The notes beneath the pieces were generated by a model. It saw only the letters and a list, made by a program, of their open reading frames with translations, had not been told where the DNA came from and made no database searches. The translations under genes and the position numbers were made by a program. Shown here piece after piece: positions 26,331 to 38,740 of a stretch of 64,000 bases of DNA. The DNA is from the human T2T-CHM13v2.0 reference genome, Homo sapiens, in assembly GCF_009914755.1 (NCBI RefSeq), contig NC_060925.1; one strand, 5' to 3'. Within the stretch, counting starts at the first letter, position 1, and every line of letters starts with the position of its first letter.

Positions 26331-26829
26331 CTTTTGCATCCCTGCACCATGCCAAAAAATTAACAGCAGAAAGAGCGTTTAGTACAAATTAACAAAATGA
26401 AGTGCTAATGTAACTTTGGATGTGCTCATAATCTACTGAACAATATTATTTCTAATTGTGAATATAACTTCATACCAATTTTTTTAAAGTAAAATCCAAA
26501 GTTTCCAATGCTTATGGGAGAAACAAAGATAAAAAGGATTTTTTAAAAGTCTAGTTTGAACTTCTAATTTATTGCAACATGGCTGTATCCTTTTTGCTTT
26601 GGGAACGGATGGTATAGGGAATATTTTGAAAGGAGTGTTCAACATGAATCCACATTTTGACTACAAAAGTGACTAAAAAGGCTATTAAGGTTATTTCACT
26701 CTTTCATTTTCAAAACAATTTTATTAGATATTATCCAAGTGTCAGATGTATAAGGAGGATCTACAAAATATAAGCTTAAATTAATAATATTTATTGGAAG
26801 CTAAATATTAAAATTTTAAATAATGTACT

Positions 26830-27180
26830 ATGTGGTGTTGTGAAAAGAATACTGACCTAATCAGTCCAGACCTGGTTTCAATGTCTGTCCCAACCAGAGA
26901 CTAGTGTGACCTTGGGTAAGTTATGTAAACTTACTGATGTCTAATTTTCTCAGTTCTAGAATCATGATATTCCTGCTATGCAAGGCTGTTGGGAGGATAA
27001 AATAGACCATCCACTCTGTGAAGAAATGACTCAAATCTTTTTGTTCACCACTTCCCAATGTTCAGCCTAGCATAATCTTTGGTTTATTATAGATGCTAAA
27101 TACATATTTGTTGAATGAATGAGGATACTTACAGTTCTAACATATCTGGCATGTTAGATGCTCAATACATGTTACAATTT
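26830..27180 (+). mobile_element. MIR interrupted by an L2 3' end (about 27030-27122)
   Basis: MIR head and core (gtgtgaccttgggtaagtta...ggctgttgggaggataaaataga), L2 terminus atatttgttgaatgaatga, then MIR tail tctggcatgttagatgctcaatacatgtt. Confidence 0.65.
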
Positions 27181-27269
27181 TTTAACTTTTAAAAATTATT
27201 AATGTTATTATTGTTAATAATGTATATGCAACAACTGCTAAGGATCTGAGAATGACAATACTTGGAAGC

Positions 27270-27599
27270 TGACAAGTTAGTTTGCCACAGTTTCATGAAT
27301 CTGAGTGGAAGACACGAGACTCCTGGATCAAAGACAAAGTAGTTTATTACTCGCAGCAATAACCACAATCAGGGATTCACAGTTTTTGCACTGAGTCCCA
27401 GTTCCCTCAGGACAACAAGATGAGGGCCAAGTAATACCTGCACAATCCATGGGTGATATCATAGGAGAATGGTCAGTAAGCATGCTTGCCTTTCACTCCA
27501 GTGATAGGCAGTATCTCTATCCTTAAGGCTGAAAGCAAATCTGCTCTTTACTTTGATGTGCAGAAACATGGGAGACCCATAGAGAATTGTTGCCCAACA
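27270..27599 (-). mobile_element. ERVL solo LTR (LTR40-like)
   Basis: TG...CA ends. The minus strand starts TGTTGGGCAACAATTCTCTATGGGTCTCCCATGTTTCTGCAC and has AATAAA near its 3' end. Confidence 0.65.
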
Positions 27600-28029
27600 G
27601 TATAAAAGCACACAGTATATTGAAATGTGATCAGAATGTGGTTTTCAATTATAAAACAACAGTCTAGGATATAACAAAGTCATCTTATTTTTAAAGAGAT
27701 TTTAATGGTATATTTAATTTGTTAGATGCCTTGCTGTCTAGATTATATTTTTTTCTTCAAATTTTACCATTTTGTGAGAATATAAACATTGGTTCAGGAG
27801 TCAGAACTATGGCTTCTTTGAACACTATTCCATTCTGAACAAGGGTTTATGAAAGAATTTTTATCTATCAAAAACAGAAATCATGAACTTGAAACTATTA
27901 TTACAGGATTCTATGCAGACAAACTGAGCAGCCATATATTTGCATATTGGAAATATACAGTCGTGGAACATCCCAGGCAGCAACTGTAACAGTGATAAAC
28001 TTGCAGTATTCTCTGCCAACAGCTTTCTC

Positions 28030-29592
28030 AGATTATTTTCCTATTTTTCTACACTTGCCGCTGCTAACCCTTGGAAGGAGTGGTTTCCAATTATTGCATT
28101 CACTTCTTCAATAATCATTCATTCAGCCCTTAATCCCTTAATGTCAGGCTTTAGTACTAATGGCTCAAGAAAACCATTAAATATCAACAGTAAGATTTAA
28201 ATAATCAAATTCAATGACTTTTACAAAGTCTTCTCCTACTTGTACTTTTGGTATCAGCCTGTCCTTTTTGAAAGTCTCTGCCTTTTGAATTCTATGCCTA
28301 GTTCTATTCCCATCTCTCTGAAAGACAGCACTTCAAATTTCTCTTACCTGGTTCTGTTTCACATCCCATCTGTTAAATGTTAGTCTTTTTTGGGTCCTTC
28401 ATCCTTTTCTCTCTTCAGGCTCCTTCTCTCAGTGACCCCATGGTTTTCAAGCTTTAGTTCTATAAAGATGGCATTGAAGAGTAAATCTCCATTTCTAAAC
28501 TCTCTCCTCATTCAGTCTCCTATTTTCAGACATCTGCCAGACACCTCCACCTAATGCCCTAAGCATATCTCAGACTCAACGTGTCTATCACTTAACTTCT
28601 TCACTTATCCCGCCAAATCAGTTCCTGCCCATGGCTACCCAATCTCTTCTAAGCACACTGTTGTCGTGGAGTACAGTGCTTTGGCTTGTCCCCTGGCATT
28701 GTGGCTGAATGGTAATACCTGTCTTTCATCATGTTACCACCACCCTGGTTTAGAGCCCTATAATCAACCCCTTAGCAAATCTACCCCTTGGCAAATGCAA
28801 GAGCATCCCGACAGGCTTTCCCGCTTATGGGCTATACTTTTCCCTGCATCCTGTTTCTGTTTTTCACTTCTAGGAGAAGAGACTGCTAGTTACTCCTTGC
28901 TGCCTACTAGACAAATCCATGCCCGTTAGTCTGGTGTCAAGTCTCTTTACAACCTGGCCTTTTCCTGCTTTCATTCAACAGATATTTAATGGACTAGGAA
29001 TAATATAGAATATTCATAATCAGACACGGTACCAACTTGGAGTGGGTACCTCAGGTGGAGGAATGAACTGACATTAATCAGTTAATGTATTATTATAAAC
29101 CATGAGAAGTGATTACAGAAAGTCATAGTTCCACCTTTATGTGCTGCTGCTGTCCTCCATATATCTGATGTTCTTACCAAGTTGGATTGTTTGATGATGG
29201 ATCAAACTTTTGTTTCCTTTTCCTTTTCAAAATATAGTAGTTACGTATTGTGTCTTATCTGAGCTTCCTTCTTCTTCCTGCTTCTCACTATCTTTTGAAA
29301 TCTTTTCTATTCTATGAGGCCCAGCTCTCAAATGTCATTGCTCCTAGAGTCTGTCTTTGATCACCTTAGCCACTCTCAAACCAACTAGAGCTCTTTGTAT
29401 GATGTTTATGAGATTCGCACTTACCATATTATTCTGTAGTGTGTGTGCACGTGGCACCTGCCTCTTCTATATTGAGAAAAAGGCTGAGCGGGGGGCACCA
29501 TGTTTTAATATTTGTGTGTAATCCCTACATGCCAAAAATATTAGCCGTTCATAGTAGACCTTCACTATTTGTTGAATGAGTGAATGAATTAA
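28030..29592 (+). mobile_element. L2 (ORF2 remnant to 3' end) with a short antisense L2 tail at about 28970-29110
   Basis: acacctccacct...catatctcagactcaacgtgtct, gaggcccagctc-aaatgtca, terminal ttgttgaatgagtgaatgaat. Confidence 0.7.
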
Positions 29593-30119
29593 TACAGTAC
29601 TCCTAATATCCAGGGTGTTTCCTCTGGCTAGCTGCTACTTCATAGAAAAACAGTCCACGGCTAATATGATAGGAGACTGACCCTCTGCTGGCAAACAAGT
29701 TAACAAGGCATTATGATAGGCAGCAGTTTCATCTGTAAAACCTCCACCTGGAACCCAAATCTCCCACAGAGCAGTTAGGAAGGAGGTTAATTTCCCAATA
29801 GATGGGGGGAAACAAAATCTACCTACAAAATTCACTAGAGCAGGGGTGCCCAGAGCATAATGTTGTCAGCTTCTTGGGAACACAGTATTTCTAGTAAGAG
29901 TATCATCAGAAATCAGTCACTCAACAGTTCTGTTCTTGCCATATCATTTTAGGAAATGCTATTTGCAGAAACAGTAAAATAGACAAAGCTTTCCTATGTC
30001 TCAAGACACTCCTCTCCTAAACCAGAGGCCTCCAATTTTCTAAGCTCATTAAACCACTCTCTAATTTTATGCCTAAAACATGCTGCTATATATGTGGTTT
30101 AAAACAATCATAAGATTTA

Positions 30120-30335
30120 GCATATTATATCTTCATGGCTCTTTGCACACATCAAGTAATTATCCACATAACACCCCTGCGATGATGGTGTTATTATTCC
30201 CATTTTATAGATAAGGATATTGAGACACTAGAGATCTAATAATTTGCCTAAGGCAGTATAATAGACCAGCTGCAGAAACTAAATTAAAATAGAATGTTCT
30301 GACTCTTTGTCCTGATTTCAAACTGCAAAATTATA
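30120..30335 (-). mobile_element. MIR SINE
   Basis: ttattattcccattttatagataaggatattgagacact...aatttgcctaagg. Confidence 0.75.
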
Positions 30336-32504
30336 CTGGATATCAGGCTTTTCTCTATATGCGTACTTTATAATATCTACACGGGCATGCATTGGATTGC
30401 ATATGGGTCTTACAAAATAAGCATCACTATTATTTAACAGTAATAGATACACTTCCACATATGCTGCTTTCTGCATGTGAGAGAAGAGAAATAAACATTA
30501 TCCTGGTATGCTTAGGAATTATATATCAATTATATAATTCTATCTAATAATCTGCTCCTCTTAAAGATATAACATTCCACACTGTTAGCAATTTTAGTAT
30601 TCTCACAATGAGATGATTAGAAACAAAATGGCTGCTTTGAAAAATATTTCCAACTACATTCATTTTGTGCTGTAATGCCTCACCAAAATGGGAGGACATG
30701 ATAATCCTGTACCTCATGCAAAATCAATTACATTTAGTTCAAGATTCTCAGTGACTGAAACAGAGTATTATTTTATGTCCTGAACACTATGTTGTTTCGG
30801 TTACTAAGGAAACCAGTAGCAAAAACTAAGTTTACAGTGATGCATTCTCAAGAAATTGACTACAATGTCAGTCTCTGGGGTATCATTACAAAGTGCTATT
30901 TGCATTTAAATTTCTTATAACCCTTAAGCAACTGATTTGTTTGTTTATAAGCATGAGTATGCATTTTTTTTAGCTCTGGAATTTTTTTTTTTAAAGATTC
31001 AACCAATACGTTGATATTTAACCATTTAGAGAGCTACCTGTTAAGCATACGTACGATGTCCCTTCCTGAATTATTATGTGTGGATTGCATTTCTGTGGGT
31101 TTCCAATGAGACCTCCTTTAAAGCCTCTGCACATAATGTGCTCCTCACTAATGAAAGCCGCACATTCTGTTTCACACATGGTAACAAATAGGCGAAGTCA
31201 TGTTGACTTATACTGTTGCATGTCACAAATAACAAGATTCTACAGGAATCAATACATCTATTTTGCACACAAGGTTTCTGGAGTCTAGGGCTATTCAAGA
31301 CAGACTCCAAGTTCCTCGGGGAAGGCAAGGAAAACCCTAGATTTTTCTTGACAGACACTTGCCTCTTTTGTCAAAAAGAAACAACAAATATTCTGATGAG
31401 TTACTGATGCTTTTATAGTGGAAAATTCTCCTGACAAACTACTCTACTGACCAGAAATGACAAGGCCTTGACATGCTGCCTTTGCCTACAGAATATATAG
31501 AACTGCTGCAAAAGCTGATCGGACTCAATACGGCCACAGAGAGAGGGAGAGGGATGCAGGCAGAGCAGCGTCAAAAGACACTGACTCTGGGCTATTTTCC
31601 CTTAGTGATATCAAAAATCCATTCATTCTCCCACCAGAATTATTTCCCAGCACTGTTCTTTGTCTTAAGGTTTTGCAGTTAAAACCTTGTAATTATTTTT
31701 GCATAAAAAACACTTCTTGGGCTTCAAATTTATTCTATATTTAGTGAAATAAAACCACACAAACAGTGTAAAATGAGCCTTTGCTAAACAAATCACTTTT
31801 ATGACTAAGCAATTGCACACACTCACCCCAAGGAACACACAAACAAAATAGAAGAGGCAAGATGCCTGTTTGAAACTGCAGACAAGCAATTGCAAATACA
31901 GCACTCCACAGTAAAACAAAATTAAGTAACATTCTAACTTTAGAAAGTATGGCACTGATTTAGATCAGATGTTTTTTGATAGAAAATTATTTCAGCAAAG
32001 TAATTGTAAGCCAGTCTTTTGCACTGCTCATTTCCTTCTTCCCTACGATTTCACTCCATATCAGTATCCCCAGTAAATATATTGCTCTTGAATACTAAGA
32101 AATTATGAAAGCAAGGAACAGAGATCAGGCATTCCTGGGTATCTGGGAAACAAGCACACTGGAGGCTAATTTTGTGTAAGATTTCTTTTACTTCCCATCA
32201 ATATGCCATAAGCCTGACCTGGAGGATCCCCTTCAATTGATGCAAGAAAGTAATTAAGTCTCCAGGCTCATCACAACCTGTGCAATCTCATGTGCAAAGA
32301 TTGAGCTTTGAGTCAAACAGCTTTTAGTTTTATGACAAAGAATCTTGTAATGTGGGGTTAACAATTAAAGCCAGGCAGTATGTTTCTCTCACGAGGCTTG
32401 GTGCTCACTCAAGTGCTACGATCACCAAATTCATTTAAAAGGAGTTGAGTTTAAACCCAGATTTTTCTTTTTTGCTTTTATTTTCTTATCCTTTTTTTTT
32501 TCAG

Positions 32505-32618
32505 GTCGGCCTTTCCTTGCTCTGCCTGCTTTGTCATCTAGCTTTCCTTGTGGTCCTTTCTTTCTTGTTACTCTTGGTCCCCACCCTTAGGAAATGTTAG
32601 AGTTGTTTCCTCTTTGGT
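32505..32618 (+). other. Candidate non-coding exon (114 nt)
   Basis: About 40 nt of polypyrimidine plus CAG at 32502-32504; donor GGT|GTGAGT at 32618/32619; stops in all three frames. Confidence 0.3.
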
Positions 32619-35211
32619 GTGAGTCACATAACAAAAATCAAATCCTCAGCCAGTGTGTGGGTTGAAAACAAAATGTATCATTGACAGGCTTAAGGAGAAC
32701 TCCTGAGTGTCTGTAAGGTATCAGTTCTGCTGAGTCCCAGCCAGAGAGTCAACACGTACCTACTCACCGATACCCTGGGTCTATTTAGTGCATTTTCTCA
32801 TTGGCTTTCCTCCTTGCTTAATCAAGTGGAAGACGCAGCCACCTCATTACAAACAGAACAGAATGAAGGCTTACCTTGCTTTCTCCCTTTTAACGGGGTT
32901 TGACCTTTTTTGTCTCCATGCTAGACATCTGCTTGCTTTCTACAATGGCTCCACATTATAATAGTCCAGTGTGTATTTTTAAACGTATGTTTTAAAATAC
33001 ATGTCATTTGTTTGGGGACTAATAATATGGGCCACATGTTATTAATATAAAGATTGATTTAATCATTAGCTCTAAGAATGTATGATACAGCTCCAAACCC
33101 CCCACCCCCCCGACGCCAAACACACACACAAAAATGAAAAAGGAAAAAAAAAAGTGAATGTAGGCAGACAGGCTCCTTCAGGAGCACATGATCGGTGGCC
33201 TTCTGGCATACTCAAGTCCATATGAGACTGAAGACCATAACAGTTTACACAGACAGACAGGTACACTTTTAAAAACTGATGTCTGGGGCAATGGTTGTTT
33301 TGCTTTTTTAAAAGGGAGACATTTAAGATCTAAAAGAATACATAAATCCTCTCAAAATTTGCATCATTAAGGCTTCCTTCTAATTGATTCTTTTCAAAAA
33401 TTGTTGTATTTTCACTGCTTCAGAACAGAACTACAACAGCTGAGAAGGAAAAGGTGGCAAATACAGTTCAGAATGTGACTAAAAATCTGTCATTCTTCTG
33501 CAAGCATTTAATTGTTGAACACAGCATCCTGAATGAAATGAAGTATATCTGTGCATGTGGTGCACAGTGCACAGACTCAAACCCATGGTACACAGTGCAC
33601 AGAGCCTCAAGCCAAGACATTACTGAATATTCTTTAACCTGTGTTGGAATTTAGCGGTAGTATTTTCTTGTTTTCTACAAATCTGCTACTTTTTTGCTAG
33701 CACTTACTTTGGACAAGGACAGAGGACAGGGCTGCTTTGAAGAGGAGATGACTGTAAACTAAACATGTGAAATTTTTCAAAACGATCGCCCTGGCATTTT
33801 ACCCTTTGCATCGTGGTCAGAATTCACTGATTTGCATATATAACTGCAGGAGTTAAAGGTGCAAATACAATAATCACAGCACAACTCAAGATGCAGATGG
33901 GAGAACCAGCAGTTGGCCTCTACTTGAGTTCTTCCCTTGAGTGATGGAAAGGGTCCCAGCTTCTCATCTGTTTCCCTCAAGTTGTTTCACCTTAACTCTG
34001 TTTCAAAGTCATAATAAAAAATCTTCTATCTTAACCTTGGCATGAGGTCAGGAGAAGAAAAGATTTTAGAGAGCGCACTTATAGGTTTTTATCCTGCAGT
34101 CTCAGGGGACTGTACATTCTCCAGCCAGCTGTACCTTTTGAAGTTTCACAGAGATACTATACTCTTTCTAGTTACAATTTCCTTTTTTTTTTTTAAGAAT
34201 TTAAGCTGATTAGTTAGCAACTTTTTTTAAACTATTTCATTTGATGTAAGTGGTTTAAGCTATATTGCCTCTTGTCAGCTCTTCTCTTCACAATGACAAG
34301 TTTGTCTTTCCCACAAAACTACCTCTGATAGCCTCAGTGTTGGTATATTTGTATTTCTAGTAAAGTTGAATATGGAGATAGCCAGAAAGAACTTGCGTAT
34401 GTAAATCAACTTATTCTTATTTAAAATAAATATATCAGAGAGGAGACAATGTGTTTTCATTTTTAGATATAAAGAAGTTACATCCAGATAATTCTGTGTT
34501 TGAAGGGAGATATTATTTGAGGCAAGAAACATATACTACCATAAAACACATTTGGCCATATTTTAAATATGAGTGTGTTGCATAAATCCTAATGTTTATA
34601 TTGTTTTTAACATACTTGAGGTGTAAGAAAAAAAGAAAGTTATGCTGTCCAGCTAATAATTAAATCTGACCACTATAGGATTGTTTTCCACTGCCCCACA
34701 TTCAAGAAAAGTGCAGGTTTCTCAGCTACAGCTGAATGTAAGTGTCAGGTGAAAAGACTGAAGTGAGGGTGTTGCCTCTTCACAGTCTCAGTCCCTCCTC
34801 ACAGTCCTACCCAATTCCATCCTGACGTAGCACAAGACAAGAGCTTGTCCTCTGCAATGAGAGTGATGACTAGTGACTGAGCATTTGTATGACCTGAAAA
34901 CATAACTGAACGGGGAAAAAATTGAAAATTAACTTTCAGTGGCTAAGAAGGGGAAACTTAGTAGCCTGAAAATCTATTTGTCTACAGTACTAAAAGTAGA
35001 ATGTAACCAAATAAAATATATACAAGTCAATGTGTATTTTCCTTACTTAATTTAAATACCACAAAAAAACAAAATAGCTGAACCATGAGAGTCCTCAGAA
35101 TAACAGAAAAGAAGGCTCCCATAAACAATTATGGTTTCAGATATGATATTGGGTGATTGTTCAAAAAGACTAAGGAAGTTCCACAGGAATTGTGCCAGCC
35201 AGAAACATGAA

Positions 35212-35242
<31 letters not shown>

Positions 35243-35262
35243 CTCTCTCTCTCTCTCTCTCT
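35212..35262. repeat. Compound (AC)14(TC)n microsatellite
   Basis: Direct reading of the sequence. Confidence 0.95.
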
Positions 35263-35844
35263 TTAAATGTACCCTTTGGTTTATAGAACAAAACCTTGTG
35301 GTCCTCTACTAGATGTGTAAAAATGCACCTGAGAGAAATAGGGAAAGGAGGAAGATTTCAATGTTCTCCATTTACCTCTCTGTAGGACATTCTCAGGTTA
35401 TTCCTTAAGACATAAATTCTGGGCAAAACTTCAGGTTAACCTCCTAGCCAGGAGCTAGTAAATGCTGCCAAGTCCTAAGAGAGAACCAGCTAGAACTCCT
35501 GTTGCTGGCATAATTGGGCAGCAGGCAAATTGAGTTGAGCCCACACAAGCCTGTACCATCCACATCACCTTGTCCTGTCTGCACATTTGAAAATGGAGCG
35601 AATTATATTCTGGGAATATAACATTGTGATTTTCTCAGGGAAGTGGGTACTTTATTTTGAGTTAAAATAATACCTCCCACATCTCCTGCTAAAACACACA
35701 CACACACACACGTCTTCTTCCTATAACTTCCTAAAATGTATCCAGGTCCTGATTAACGAACTTTATTCATTTTATTTTAGGGAGTTGGGAATGTGTCTCT
35801 ACCTTAGTAAAGGCAGACCCTTTACAAACTGTGTGAGGTTGTGA

Positions 35845-36055
35845 TGGAGCGAGTGATTTAGAGCACAGGCCACTGATGGTCCCCTGGTACACATTCTAGT
35901 GTGTTACCTTGGGTAGGTAATTCAACCTCTTTGCATTTCAGTTCATCTGTGTAATGGAATATTAGTAGTATCTTATGAGGTTTCTTTGTGAATTAAATAA
36001 AATAATGCACGTAAAAGCCCTAGGATATAATAAACAATATGAATTATTAATATTT
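35845..36055 (+). mobile_element. MIR SINE
   Basis: gtgttaccttgggtaggtaattcaacctct...catctgtgtaatggaata...taaataaaataatgcacgtaaaagccctag. Confidence 0.75.
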
Positions 36056-36664
36056 GTATTACTAGTTTCTAGCAGAGTAATTTTTCCATAATAAGTATTG
36101 TTCAATCAAAAGCAAATGATTTTTAAATATCTGGTTTGTTTTGACTTACTTATTTCACATTTTAAAATGTTCTACTAGCTATAGATAAATAAAAAGTAAG
36201 ATATATAATATATCGCTAGATAATAAATAATATTTTTAACTAATATAACAAAAAGTCTTACTAGGGAAATTTAGGAGTCTTGAATGAGGATTTGCCATAA
36301 CTTTTAATTAGAATATTGAACTTAACTGTCATAAAAGTTACTTTGTTAATGATTTAGCATACTGGGAAGTGAATATCACGCTATCATAAAATTAAATTAA
36401 GGGAAACTTTTAAAACATACAACAAAAGAGATAAATGTCTCATCTTTTGACATTGAATGTAATTGGTATAGACCTCTATATTTTGGACCAATTTGACATA
36501 AATTTGGCAACACTGTAATGTCATTTTATTTGGTGAATAAATAAGAAGCTAAAAGTACTGCTAATATATTGAATACCTTACACTGGGATTTAAGGTGATG
36601 ACACCCTTTCTGAAAGATTGCCTGGAACAAAAAAAAAAAAAAAAAAAAAAAAGGAGCAAATAGA

Positions 36665-36825
36665 GTCATAGAATATGAGAATTTAAAAAGAATTTAGAGA
36701 TTCTAATTTTAATCTTTGAATGTTAAAGAAAACATGTCTAGGGAGGTGAAGGCTTTGCCTTAGTATTCAGCAAATTAGGAACAAAGCTAGGGTTAGAACC
36801 TAGATCTTCTCAGATTTCTGACTAT
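36665..36825 (-). mobile_element. MIR3-like fragment
   Basis: tcatagaat...tagagattcta...gaggtgaaggctttgcc...agctagggttagaacctagatctt. Confidence 0.5.
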
Positions 36826-38269
36826 CAACTTCAGGAAAATAAAAAAAAAAAGTTTTAAATGTAATTTCTGTCACTTAAAAATTGTTCAAGTTGAAATAGT
36901 TTTAGGGGTAGAAATGTTACATAATAGAAAACATTAAAATTACTCAGCAAATGTTTACAAGGATCTTTATTCCAATAGCTATTTTTATTTGCTTGTCTTA
37001 CATTTGTACCAGAAAATTTATGTGTGTACTTAATTTTATCAATATTTAGATATAATTTCATTATCTATATTATTGAAAAACAAAGTTTCAGTGTATTGTA
37101 TGTTTATTGTTTTTAATTTAATTTTTATTTAAACATCTCCATTTTTTATTCGAATTTTTGTATTAAAATAAAATTTCAGATTTTTATGAGAATAGTTGGC
37201 ACACATTCACCTTGTTTTTTTAAAACCCTGTTTTATAAAATAAAGCAAATGAAAAATGGCACATCCATGGCACTTCTTATTAATAGTGGCACTTAGAATT
37301 ATAAGAATTTTGAAATCACAATAAACAGAATTTAAATCATGTTTATGAAGAAAAACAAGGTAATTCACAGATAGTGATGGGATAATAAAACCACAACTTT
37401 CTGAATCATGTCTAGAAGGTAAATTACATTACTTCACAGGTTGTCTTTCTAAAAACCTCTAAGATATACCAGTAGTTAAGCAGATAATAAATACTTCTCT
37501 CTTTCTAAGGTGGAGATGTTGAATGCTTTTTTCGTAGTTTGCTTTTATTGTTATTTTTTAGTATTTAACACATTTTGCACAGCAACTAAATTGATTTTAT
37601 ATGGACTTCAGAAATTTTAAACCTGAGGCCTAATGATGTAGAAGTCTTATTTGAATTAAATAAGGATATTATCTCTGCCAGAGACAAACAAAGAATGTCA
37701 GATTAGACACTAAATTAATCACAAGACCACAAATATCATCTCTGTTCTTCATATAGTGTCCCTATGGATGCTGACATGTGTTAACCATATAGAAGAGATC
37801 ACGTAATTATTATAACAATAGATAGCAAGAAACTTGGCTTTCATTTGATTCCTCTGCCCAGCTTCTTATAAAGTGACATCCATCTTATTTCTGTATTACA
37901 CCAAAGTAAAAACAATATTTATATACATTAAGATTATGTAAAGACTAGGATGCTGTAATGGTGTCTGGTATATATATCCACGATACAATCATATAGTACC
38001 TCCACTCTGAAGACACAGAATATGAATTCGCTTTAGTACCTAGCAAGGAGCCAAAGAGTACCTTACTTCCTATGTCTGAGCATTTGACCGAACTTAAGAA
38101 ACAACACCCCAGCAACCTTGTCATTTCAATTTTTCACACTTTTGTCTGTATGTGTTTTATGTCTCAACAAAGACTTATCTCCCCAACCCACTGCCACAGG
38201 ATAATTCTCTGTAACAAAGCTCAGTCTCAATCTCCACCCAAATGAAAAAAGGGCAAATCCCCAAAGAGA

Positions 38270-38740
38270 AAAGTAACGGTCACAGCCATTTCTACGGGTC
38301 CCAATCTCACAGACCAAGGAGGGACCGATGACAGTTCATCGCTACCATAAACCGGCGAGTATGCCCCAAGGGGACTGGAGGTTCTGTAAGGGGATTTTGC
38401 AGGAAGAATATCTTTCTGAGCCCTCCAACAGAGAGAAGCGTTTTTTACAAGTAAGGAAGCTGTGTTGGCACAACGGACAACAATTTCAAGCTGCGAGAAG
38501 ATGCAAATGGCCACCAGTGTGAGAATTTTGTTGTCTGACAGACACAGGGCTTCCTAACCATTCTTCTTCCCTCCGTCTTTTGTATAACAATGTTTGGAGG
38601 GAGAATGAACTCAACATTGTGCAAACACTTTTGCTATAAATCACCACAGCATCCAAATTATCAAGGGCCCCCCAAACCTTCAACCTGTCTTCCTTTCCTG
38701 GTCAGGGTTAGAATGTAATTAGACAGCCAAGCGAGAAAAA
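38270..38740. promoter_or_regulatory. Candidate conserved enhancer (CpG-retaining, multiple motifs)
   Basis: 10 CpGs in 38277-38575. TGACAG at 38329 and 38536, CCATAAA 38345, ATGCAAAT 38501, AACAATG 38586, CATTGTG 38615. Confidence 0.4.

Noticed and set aside
30898-33837. Several ATTTGCAT octamers
   Set aside because: Several are expected by chance in AT-rich DNA of this length, and they are not tightly clustered
38126-38683. Four overlapping ORFs of 63-95 aa
   Set aside because: No similarity to any protein I recognise and no consistent splice frame; locally higher GC explains them
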